Source of the DNA: Balamuthia mandrillaris | Taxonomy: Eukaryota | Direction of reading: 5' to 3' | DNA length: 64,000 nt | NCBI GenBank assembly: GCA_031835245.2 | Contig: JAVKOQ020000090.1 | Span: 62,001-126,000 of the forward strand | Shown here: positions 47,287 to 58,811 of the stretch, one piece after another | Layout: every line of letters begins with the position of its first letter | Position numbering within the stretch: position 1 is the first letter of the stretch | Translations under genes and position numbers: made by a program | Notes under the pieces: generated by a model | What the model saw: only the letters and a program-made list of their open reading frames with translations | What the model was told of the DNA's origin: nothing | Database searches by the model: none

Positions 47287-50200
47287 ATGTTGCCGATACG
47301 CCCACGCAGGAAACAGTTGCGCAAAAGAGTGGTTGGACAGGAGGAGGAGGAGGAGGAAGAGGGGAAGGAGGAGCAAACGCCACAACGGCAGGAAGAGAAA
47401 GAGGACGAAGACTCCGCTGCACCAGTTCAGCGAGTGGAGAAGAAGTTCAACAACAGAAACAAATCGCGACAGCAACGCAGAGAGAAAAAGAGCAGCAGCG
47501 CTTTGAGCTTTGGAGATGAGGAGGAGGTTGTTGAGAGTGTCAACAGGAAAACAGCGCCTTTCCAAACGCCACAAGATGTGAAAAAGAAGGACTCCTCTGC
47601 GAACCCAACCAGAGCCCGCAAGTTTATGAGGTAACCGTTTCGCTCAGTCCTTCTTTTCTTCGTACTTCTTCTTCTCATCTCTTTTTTTCTCCTCTCTTCT
47701 CTCGTCACTACTTCTCTCTTATCTCCTTGCTCTCATGCTCTCTCATTCTCTCGTCCCCGTCCTGCTCTGCTATTCTTCTTTTAAATAACGTGCAAAACAA
47801 ACAGAGCTGCTAAACAGCCAACCACAGAGACTGCGACTGCCTCTTCCAACGAGCGACCAAGCGTTATTCCAGCCTCCCTTCTTCAACGCTCCCAAGTGGG
47901 AGAGTATACTCCCGAAAAACTGGCCGCTCTTCGACACAACTCCAACACGTTTTACTTTAGCGGCTCAGTGCAGCCCTCTCGTCCTTCTTCTCATTCATCT
48001 ATCGCAGCTGAACGAAGTACAACAACGACAACAACAATGGTCATGGCAGATGCAGAAAAAGAAGATGAAGAGAAGAGCGGAGGAGAGTTTTTGTACGACG
48101 CTGTGCCCATCATTCCTAAGAAAGAAGAGATAGAGAGAGCACGAGCAAAACGAGAGAGAATGAGAACATATGGCAACATCCTCACCGCAGACGAAGAAGC
48201 AAAGGAACCAGGAGGAAATAAGAGAGCAGAGGAAGAGTTTATCCCTTTGAACAGCACAAGACAAGACTCCAAACGAGTCAATCAACGTTTGATACGAGAC
48301 TCGGACTCGGACTCGGAAGAGGCAGACGGCGACGATGCTGTTGTGTTTGAGGATCAAGCTGGTAATCGAATAGCCTTTGGTGACCCCAAAGAGATGGAAC
48401 GACGACAAAAACGCCTTCAACGGAGGTCTCTCTATGATGAGATCGAAAGAGACCGGCGAAGAGAGGAACGACAACAGAAGAAGGCGAGTGACGAAGAAGA
48501 GGATGAAGAAGAAAAAGATGACTCTAGCGAAGATGAGGAATTGGAGAGATGGGAGTTGGAACAACTGAAAAAAGGAGTGAGAGGAAAGGAAGTGGGCTCT
48601 GAGGCTGTGGAACTTGCCATGGGCGCCATTTCAATGATGGATGAGGAGGAGGGTGAGGATGGAGTAAAAATGTTAATGGATGAGGATGGACTATTCTTGC
48701 AACGACCCTCTTCCTCGAATGCTGCTGCTGCTGCCGCCATTCGTCATGGGCTTCGGGAAGGCGTAGATGCAGGTGTGTTCTATTCGTTTCACTCTGTCTT
48801 TCCTTCTTGTTCTCTCCCTCTCCCTCTCCTCTCAAAATTGCTGATCTATCTGAAAAAATCGTAGCTACGGCACAAGCACAGGCACAAGCGAGAGCAACAC
48901 CAACAGTACAACAGATTGTTGAGAAGCTTAAACAAGGATTGAACACAATGCAGTTGAACACCAGCAAACACGAGAAAAAACTGCAGCAAATCGAAGATAC
49001 ATTAAAAACATCTGCCACAACTATTGACACTACGCAGCAGCGAATGGACTTTTTGTCCCAACAGTACGTTTACTATCAAGAGCTAAAAGAATACGTACTT
49101 GACCTGTTGGATTGCTTAAAAGAAAAGGTTTCTTTCTCTTGTCTATTATTGCCATTCTCTTCTTTTACTTTCTTCTTTCTTTTCCAACTTCACTATTTTT
49201 TTTAACAAAATATCTGAATCTTTTGCTCTTTTTTTTAAAAAAAATTAAACAGATGCCACAAATATCTGAATACGATGTAGAAATGGATAAGATACGATTG
49301 GAACACTATGTAGAACGGAAGAAAGCAAGACAACGTGAAATAGAAGAAACAATCGAGGACATTACCAAGAGCAAACACTCAGAAGAACGTGGCTCCAAGA
49401 AAAATGTAGAGTTGGATGAATTTGGAAGAGACAAAAACGCAATGGAACAAACCAGGAAAGAGCGACGAAGAGAAATGAGAGAGAAACGAAGGAGAGAAAG
49501 GGCTGAAAGAAGACCAGCGCGTCAACAAGAACAAGAAGACGAAGGATGGACCAGCGAAGAAGAAGACGAAGATGAAGAAGACTATCGACAAGCAATGAGA
49601 GAGTATGCGGTGGAACGAGACGAAATACTTTCTCTTGCAAACGGTTTGTTTGATGACGCTTTGCCCGAGTTTTGTTCTTTGCTGCACATCAAACGAAGGT
49701 TCAGCTATTGGCTTCGTAACTATAGCGATGATTACCTCAAGTCGTTTGCTTACATCAGTATCGCCGACATTTGCGCTCCGTTAGCGATGTTGGAAACGTT
49801 GGCTTGGGATCCTTTCTTCTTGGCACATCGTGGGAAAGAACGCAAACAAGAAATAGAGAAAGAGGAGAAACCAACAACGAAAGAAGAGGCTGTTTGGAAC
49901 AGTTCTTTTCAGCGCATGAATTGGTATCGTTTGTTGGAGGATTATGGCAAAGAAGAGGATGCTGAAATACAACAAAAAGAGGGAGAGAAGGAAAAGGATA
50001 CCATGAAGAAAGAGGAACAAGAGCAACAAAAAGTACAAGGCATTCATTCCAGCAAAGACTATGCGTTGGTGTCCGTGTTGGTGCGTCGAGTGATCGTCCC
50101 AAAAGCCAAAGAGCTATTTACGCACGCATGGGATCCGTTCTCCCCCTCTCAAACCGACTTTGCTAGAACTCTCCTTGAACAGATTATGCCACATCTCCGC

Positions 50201-50936
50201 AGTGAGAAAGAAATCAAGGTTTTCCTTTTTTTTTCCCTTGCCATCCCGTTTTCTCTCTTCTTTCTCATGTTTGTTGTCTTATCTCTTATTGTTTTCTATT
50301 TAAAAATATAGAACATTTGTGCTCCTATCGTAGTGACGATGCAAGCTGCCATTCAACAAGTGCGCGTGCTTCCCCTTCTGCTCGAAGAAGATCCCTCCAG
50401 TCCTGCCTACAGCCTTGCACTTTCTTCCTTTTGGCGTACTCTCAAGGTTTGTTTTATTTTATTTTTCCCTTCTGCTTCCTCTGCTTTGCTTGCTTTTTCT
50501 TCCTATTCCTCTTTTTCTTTCTTCATGTCTAACTTCAAACTTTTAGTTGCTGAAAAACATAGCATCATTCCATAAATCTCTCTCCAATCGGGCGTTACAA
50601 GCATTATGCCTCGACAAGATACTCAACCCAGAATTGATCCCATTTCTTCGCAAACTGGAAACAACTCTCGACAACACTCACAACCCACAAACAGAACTTC
50701 TGTTGGTAAGAATGTGCGAACGGATCATGGAGTCATTTCCTTCGGAGTGGATACATTACAATGTTGGTCCGACAGAGTTGCTCTCTTCGTTGCTGCTTTT
50801 TCGCGAGTTGGCGCGTCGTTTGGCCAAACGATTTTCGACGATGGAAGAAGCAAGAAGAGATGTGTTGTTGCAACGGTTGACGAATGTATTGAAGCAACTC
50901 GGTGATGACAACGATACAGCAATGAAACTTGAGTAA
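47287..50936 (+). CDS. PAXBP1/GCFC2 (Ntr2/ILP1-like) spliceosome disassembly factor (multi-exon)
   Basis: GEYTPEKLAALR, IPKKEEIERARAKRERMR, ERWELEQLKKGV, YYQELKEYVLDLLDCLKEK, DEFGRD, LAWDPF, AWDPFSPSQT. Confidence 0.85.
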
Positions 50937-50992
50937 AGACAAGAAAGAAAGAATAATAACATTACATTGAAGGAAGGACGTTTGTTTTTTGT

Positions 50993-52223
50993 TCAGAACC
51001 TGCTGATGTCTCTGCCGAATAGCGTTTCTTTAACCCAGTCAAATCCCACCAAAGTTTTGTTGCGGAAGCTCACCTTTTTTTAACTGCGTAAGCAAAAGAG
51101 AAAACAAGAATGATGATGTAAAAACCTGTTTGGAGAGATAAGTGGTCCTCCACATCCACCAAGTGGTAAGGCCTGCAAAGTTAAAGCCACCGTTCAACTC
51201 CATTACTGTAGATACCAAAGAAAAGTGCAACGAAAATAGGAATGACAAGTGTTAGCGAGAAAAGAGAATTGAAGGTAAGAAGAAGCGAAAAAAAAAAACG
51301 AACCAGCATCATGAGCGCCGATGTAGGCAAGGCTGCCAAAGTGACGATAGCGGAACGGGCCTATAATCTTTCCTACAGCATTAGCGTTCATCCACTGAGC
51401 CACATATTTGCCTTGCTGCGACGCAACTTGAGCAGTGCACTGTCATAACGTGTTAATAAAGAAAGAATAAGGAAGAACGAAGAAGGAAGAAAGGAGAAAC
51501 GAGAAAGGAGAAAAAGAGGGGCAGAGAAGAGGTTGCGATTACAGGAAGAGGCATCAGAGATTTGTCAATGTCGGTGACAATCTTCTTGAACTCGTCTTTG
51601 CTAAGAACGCCATCCTTGTTAAGATCTCCCATCTCGAAGAGGTGCTTTATGTTTCGCACATAAGTTTCCAGCTGAGGATACTCATTTCGCTCGCTTTTGA
51701 CCCACTCCTCCAGCTCTTTCACTGACACGAAACCATCCTTATTCAAATCTGCTTTCTCGAACATTTCTTCCAGTCGAGGCAAAAGCTTTTTTTGGTCTAT
51801 TGTACCACAATCCCCTGTTGGTTGGTGGTGTTATTTGTAAGCGATGAAGGAGACTCAAACGACATGAAGCAACAAAAGGAAAGTACCAATTGCAAATATA
51901 TTGGTTGCCCCTTTAACTCGTAGATGACGATCGGTAATGATGGCTTTAATGTTGCGCTGATGTCCATCACCAAGCTGTTTGCATAGATCTTTGACTACAG
52001 GTCTTGGCTCGATGCCAGCCGCCCAAACGCACATCCCGTAGGGGACGGTTTGAAGGGTGTTGTTGGTTTTGTCTAGAAAAGTGATAGCCTTCTCTTCCAC
52101 TTTAGTGACGCGAGAGAGGGTATGAAGATCTATGCCTTGTCTGTTGAATGCTTTCATCGCATCTACAAAGAGAAACACGAGAAAAGTGAGTTTAAGACTC
52201 ATATAGAGAGCATAAAGGAGAGC

Positions 52224-52259
<36 letters not shown>

Positions 52260-52625
52260 TGGTACGGTCACGCAAGTGAACGTCGTATGTGTTCAAAATT
52301 TGTTCAGCGCTTTGAATGAGAGTAATGCGAACGTGTTTCATAAGGTCGCTTGGAAGATACTTTTTCAAGTCTTCCGTCACAAAGTCTATGTACAAATGAG
52401 AAGAAAAAAGTTAACAAGAGCAGAAGCACTCCAGGAAACACAAGAGATGTTTACCATGAAGTTCAGCAGCAAACTCAACGCCAGTGGGACCACCACCAAC
52501 CACTACAAAGTTCAACAGCCTTTTTTGTTCTTGTTCAGGTTGGCCCGGTAGGTTTGCTGTCTCGAAGCAATCCATCACTTCGTTCCTTATCTTTTGTGCA
52601 TCTATTTTTTGGAACAAATTGAAGT

Positions 52626-52667
<42 letters not shown>

Positions 52668-53844
52668 CGATAGAAAACCTTCCAACTCTTTTAAAAAGTG
52701 ACAATGTTCGTGGACACCAGGTGTTCCAAAAGTTGCGTTTTGGCTGCCAACAGCAACGACCAACCAATCATAGCTTAACTCGAATTTGCACATTTCTCCT
52801 TTCACAGTTGACTCATCTGCATAGTTGTTTCCATGTGTTACTCTTGGATAATACTGAAGAAAGAAATGGTGACAGGAAAGAAGAATTAACCTTCACAAAC
52901 GATTTTGCGTTCATTAGGATTTATGGAGGTGCAAGCAGCCTCGAAGAAACGAATGTCAGCACCGTTGCGCTTACAGTATTTGCGAATCGGGTCAACGATG
53001 CTTCTTGCTTCTAATGTTCCCACCGTTACACTGTGTTATTTGTTTGGTACGTACGTTAAGTAAGAAAGAAGAAGAAGAAGGAAGAAAGAAGGAAGAAGGA
53101 GGAGAAAGGAAGAAGGAAGAGGGAAGGAGGAAGCAAGAAGCAGGAAGCAAGAAAGAATGAGGAATGCAGAATGAAGAATGCAGGAAAAAAAAGTTGAAGA
53201 ATGAGCAAAGGCAGGTGACCTGGGCAACAAAGGTGTGAACAAAAAGTAGTTTCGCGGCGAGACGACGACGACCTCATAGTGCCTCGAGTCCAGCTCACGA
53301 ACAAGGCTGAGAGCGGCCCAACCGCTGCCCAATATCACCAACCGCTCTTTCTTGCTTTGCGGCTGTTGCTGCTCTCCTCCGGGAGAGGACACGACTGCTG
53401 AGGTATTTTCTTGAGAGAGAAATGTTTGAGAAAAACTATTTAAAAATATATATATATTTTAAATAAATATAAAAATAATAAAAAATAAAAAATAATAAAA
53501 AATAAAAAAATAAAAAAATAAAAAAATAAAATAAATAGACAAAAAATCAAACCAGAGGCTTGAACAGGGGAAGGGCCAAAGGCAAAGTAGATGGCAGCAG
53601 CAGAGGAGCCAGCAACGATGGCCACCGTGGTTGCGACCGAAGCGGCTGAGGAAAATGTCCACTTTTTTGCAGCAAAGTGATTCTCGGTGTGCCCAAAACG
53701 TTTTTGTGTCCGCACCATAAAACTGCTTTGGCAAGAGCTACCAAACGGTGAAGAGCGTCTCAGTGCAGGTCTTGAAAGGAGACCACCACCCCCTCCTCCT
53801 CCACAACGACCCAACAGCAACGCACGTCCTTGCTGGCTTCTCAT
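50993..53844 (-). CDS. Mitochondrial type II NAD(P)H dehydrogenase with EF-hand (plant NDB-like)
   Basis: [49 protein letters not shown]-hands DLNKDGFVS and DLNKDGVLS; end LFGRDISRF*; Arg-rich targeting N-terminus. Confidence 0.92.
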
Positions 53845-54071
53845 CCTCGTCTCTCTCTGGTCTTATTTTTTCTTATTTATTTGCCAAATGAAATGAATTT
53901 TCCAAGACGACGTGAACAAAGATGTCTACAAAAAACGAATGATGTGGTCATTGTCCGCAAAAATGTCACGAATGTCCACATAAATAATGATGTCATCAGC
54001 AACGATTGTATGTCTACAAAAATTGTCTACAATAAATAGGGCAAAGAAGAAGAGAAGAAACGCAGAGAGAG

Positions 54072-55309
54072 ATGAGCAGCAACAAAAGAAAGAGGGAACC
54101 GAGCGAGACGGAAGGCAACAAGGCTTCGACTGCTGACCAGCATGAAGCTCAGACGAAAGGAAAGAAAAAAGGAGCTTCCGCCGCAGTGAAAAGTAAAAAA
54201 AATAATAATAACAATTCGGAGGCCAAACAAAACAAGAGGGCAAGGATTGCTGGGGAGGAGGCCGCCGCAGCCCAAGAGAACAGCAAGAATAAACAAGAGC
54301 GAGAAGGAGCCAACCACAAGGGTCACCACAAAACGGAGCAAAAGCCGAAAGGAGGACACCAACCACCACAAACCTCAGAGGACAAAGCGGATCAACAGCA
54401 AACCCCAAAGAATAAGAAGAAAAAGAAGAAGCAGGGACAGCCAAAGGAGCAGCAGAGCAAAGCAGCGGAGGAGAAAGCGAAAGGGGAGGAGGCAAGCTAT
54501 GAGGAGGAGAGGTTGCGTCTGGAGCGCATCGTGGAAGAGTCGGCCAACACCCCGGAGGCCCGTCACCTCAGCGACCTGCGCCACCAGCTGACCAAAGACA
54601 CGCTGGACATTATTCACACGCGCATGCCACAAAAGATGCTGCGTTTGGACTTGTTGTGGAAGGTTTGTCTTTCACTTCTTTGCTCCTTTCTTTCTCTTTC
54701 CTTCTTGCCCGCTTCTCTTCTTTCTATTTTGCTTCTTCATTCTTCATTCTTTTATCTTCTTCTTTCTTTGCTGCTTTGCTGCCTTGCTTTCTTCTTTCTT
54801 CTTTCTTCTTTCTTCTTTCTTCTTTCTTCTTTCTTCTTTCTTCTTTCTTCTTTCCTCTTTCTTCTTTCTTCTTTCTTCTTTCTTCTTTCCTCTTTCTTCT
54901 TTCTTCTTTCTTCTTTCTTCTTTCTTCTTTCTTCTTTCTTCTTTGTAGCACTGCTCCCAAGCTCACGCTTTGTATATCGACATTTCAGCAATTCATCAAG
55001 GAGAGAGCTGCGGAAGAAAAACACGTTCTTCCCTCACAACCAAGAGAAGAAGAAGAAGAAGAAGAAGAAGAAGAAGAAGAAGAAGAAGAAGAAAAGGAGA
55101 AAGAAAAAGAAAACAAGAAGGGAGAAGAAGCAGTGGCGCATCATCCTTCCAACGACCGAACGTTGGAGCTGGTGGCGCTGCTGAAGCGTGAAGTAGTGGA
55201 GCTGATGGAGATGGTGAGCACCGTCCGGACGTGGGTCTGCTTCAACATCGCGCCCGTCAGCCATGCTCAAAACTTTGAATCTGCTGTACAGGTTAGTATT
55301 CTTTTTCTT

Positions 55310-55356
<47 letters not shown>

Positions 55357-55861
55357 ATTCACACGCAAACATTTAAAAAAAAAACAGCTGGAAATAGTAT
55401 CAGAGATGGAAGTGGTAACCATGTCCGGCCAAATCATCCTCAGCACGCTTCAAGGCTTCCTGGTGCACCGCGCCTTGCTCATCGAGCACGAGCAAAGGCA
55501 TCCCGCCGTGGAGGACTTTGAGCGAGCATTGCCCCGCATGGACGAGGAGCAACGCATGTCGATGGAGCGATGGATTCGTGACTTTAGCAACATGTACTCA
55601 CTCCTTCACGACCTCATCGACAAGAACTTGAAGAACCTCACCAACAGAGCCAAACGAAGAGACAGCTTGACTTCTTCCTCTTCCACTCTTCGAAGATCCA
55701 ACTCGAGTAACAATCTTTCGGGATCAACAGGAGGAACGAATGGGAGAAGAGCAGGAGGAAGAGGAAGAAGTACTGGAGGAAGAGGGGGAGGAAGGGCGGC
55801 TGGCGGCAGAGGCTCCAGGCCTTACTACAATTCCTCTGATTACTCTTCTATCTATCTGTAG
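54072..55861 (+). CDS. Divergent proteasome activator PA28/REG (11S) family protein (3 exons)
   Basis: TVRTWVCFNIAP...NFESAVQ|LEIVSEM...RALLIEHEQRHPAVEDFER...NMYSLLHDLIDKNLKNL aligns by eye with PSME3 (VKMWVQLLIP...NFGVSIQ...YPHVEDYRR...YVTLHDMILKNIEKI). Confidence 0.75.
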
Positions 55862-55940
55862 TCAGCCTGAGTTTGCTAAGCTTCATTTCTGTTCCATAGA
55901 AAAGAAACAAATCGCAGTTGCACCTTTAACTTGTTCTTTG

Positions 55941-57085
55941 TCATTGTGTTGAAGAAGAGAGAGAAGATGTAGAATACATGACGTCGGTGCGAACGAGGTA
56001 CTTGATGCCCTGTAGGACGGCCATGCCTTGATGCAAGTTTTCGTGACGAAAGACCAACGCTCTTCCTGTTTTGGGTTTGACATCTACTCCTTCGCTTGTT
56101 TTTTCTGTCTGTGTTGCCGAAGAAGAAGAAGAAGAAGAAGAAGAAGAAGAAGAAGAAGAAGAAGAAGAAGAAGAAGAAGAAGAAGAAGAAGAAGAAGAAG
56201 AACAAAAAGAGCAAGAAGAAGAACAAGAAGAAGAGCAAGAAGAAGGAGAAGAAAGTTGAGGAAAACGAGTGGCGCCGCCTTCAAAGTCGTCGTTGAGGTA
56301 AAGTATGAAGGTAAAGTGGCTCTGTTGTTGCGGGGGTAGGTCCTCTTTCCCTTCTTCTGGCTCCGGGTAGACCACAGAATCCACGTGCGGTGCAAAGTTT
56401 TGGCCCTTTTCATACTTGTAGAACTGGTTCGGAGAGAGAAGTGAGAATAGCGAACAAAAGAACGAGAGAAGCAGAGAAGAGAGCAAGAGAAAGGAAGAAC
56501 GAGAGAAGACGCAAAATGAAGCCAAAGAGAGAAAGGGTTGGTACCCGGAACAGAGGAAAGAGTCCGACCGCCGTTCTTCCTTCTGTTAGCAAGGCAGAAA
56601 GCGAGTTGAGGTGAGCAGTCTGAGGAGAGGACACAAAAAAGGGAGGTGCTGACAAAGGACGAACCAACGACAGGAGGCAACAGCGGTTCCACCAACTTCC
56701 AAAGCGCTTCCGACAAGGCAGGGAACTTCTCCAAGACCCGCTGGTTGTCTCGGATGTCCTTGCGCACAACGTTGTCCTCGTGCTCGACGGACCACACGGT
56801 GGCCGGCTCGAAGCCGTTGCCCTCCCCACGCTCTATGAGGGCTCGGCACTCGGCGGGAGAGAGCACGTCGTCGATGAGGAAGACGTTGTCCTCCTGCTGC
56901 CCGTCGACCTGCGATTTGCGCAGCGGCCGGCCGGCGTGGTCGAGCGGCGGAAGCGCCTGTCCCTCCGGAGCGACGTAGACGGGAGGGAAGTACTTGCCCT
57001 GAAACTCTGGCTGTTCTACTTTTTTGCTTGTCCTGGCAGAAAGGACGGCGGCGGCTAGGCAAGCAGAAGAAGAAGAGGCTTCCAT
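55941..57085 (-). CDS. 2OG-Fe(II) oxygenase, prolyl-4-hydroxylase-like (second copy)
   Basis: IDDVLSPAEC, IRDNQRV, FYKYEKGQNFAPHVD, FTFILYLNDDFEGGATRF, LVFRHENLHQG, KYLVRTDVMY; poly-Ser insert. Confidence 0.85.
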
Positions 57086-58327
57086 AGTTTCGCTTTCTGT
57101 TCTTTTCGATTTGTCATTTCTTTCAGCTTTCCCATTTTTTTAACAATTATTATTGATAATTTTCAATTTTTAACCTAATTTGTGATAGAATTGTGGATAG
57201 TTTCGGTTTTCTTCAATTTTTTTACAATATTTTCGATTGTTTGAGTTTATTCCGGCTATTTTGGAAATTATTATTCCCGTCCACACAGAGAGACTCAAGC
57301 AAGCGGTTCCCGTCATTCTCCAGTTTGTAGCCTCACTTCGGTTTGGTTTTCCCCTGCCCCAGGGGCTGTATCAGGGTAAGAACATCACTTCCAATAACGA
57401 AAGTATGTTCAACACATGTCAAGCCGGGGACGGACGCAACCGCTTTGGCTACGATCTTCATGAGCGTTCTCACCAACCCTCCGTAATGGTAACCCTGGCA
57501 ATCTTCAACACCTTCTGGTAATATGCGACGAAGGGTTGCAACTCCGTGGAGCGGATTCTCCAATCCATTGGCGCCCAAACGGACCGATACTTCATGCGTC
57601 TCTTCGCGGGCTTTAGTTTTCTTTTATTGTTTTTTTTTTTCTACGCAGAAAAACACTGATTACTTTTTGTGACGGCCTCACTAGAGCTAGATATCTAATG
57701 GTACGGACTAATGTCAGACTGCTTGTTTGTTTGTTTGTTGTTTAGTCAATGCTTTTATGCTTTTTCCTCTGTGGTTAACTCTGACCAATACCGCAGGAAT
57801 TGTGCTGCATGACTTCCAAACTCTCTATCATTGCTCTACCTCCGAAACCGGATCCCCGGCGGTTGAATTCCGCAGGACAGGAGGAACCACTGCCAACAGA
57901 CGTTGTCCCCAGCAGCCGAATGATGGCCGTGCGGTGCTACCCCCAGTGAGGATGACTTCTTTATGCATTCTCTTCATTTCGGTGGCGTAGAACGCAGGTA
58001 AAAAGAGAGAGAAAGAGAGAAAGAGAGAGAGAGAGAGAGCAGAGAGAGAGAGAGAGAGAGAGAGCGAGCGTTACCGCCAATAAACCAATGCATGTATTTT
58101 TGATTTTTGATTGGTGTTTTGAGTTATCAATCTCCGATCACTTCAGGAAGCTTACGTCATGTTAATAAATTACCCACGACGACATGAAAAGGTCGTCACC
58201 CGAAATACAAAAAATAAACAAAAACGAAAAGGAAGAAAAAGGAGAAAGAGAAGAGAAGCCGGTGTAACCGTAACGCAATTTTTTCTGGTACCATCTCATT
58301 TCGTAGAAACCTGCAGCACCCAGCGCC

Positions 58328-58775
58328 ATGGAACGAGGAGAAGAAGAAATGGAAAATGGTGGCCTGGGGGAGGAGGCCGCGACAGAAGCAGAGGGAGGAG
58401 CAGTAGTCAACGCGACCGACGTGGAGGGAATGTTTGACCGCAGTATTACTGTTGAAGAAAAAACAACAGGAGGAGGAGGAGAAGGCAACGAAGAAGACGA
58501 GGACGAAGAAAAACAAGAGGAAGAACAAGAACAAAAACAAGAGCCAGAACGAGAAGGGCAGATGGAGGAAGAAGAACATGGAGCCCAGGAACGAGGACAA
58601 AAAGAAGAGATGGAACTTGAGGACCGACCACAACAGCAAGAAGAAGCCACAGAAGAGGGAGAGGGCTTCATGTTGCTCGAAAGTGAGAATAATAGAAGTG
58701 GCGACGAAGGCACAGAGGAACGGCAAGAGGGACCACGGACAGGAGAGGAGGAACAGAAGAAACTGTCAGAGACAC

Positions 58776-58811
<36 letters not shown>

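Noticed and set aside
57360..57400. EVMFLP*YSP resembling the Tc1/IS630 LPPYSP motif
   Set aside because: The frame has several stops, the following LNPIE motif is absent, and no terminal inverted repeats were found.
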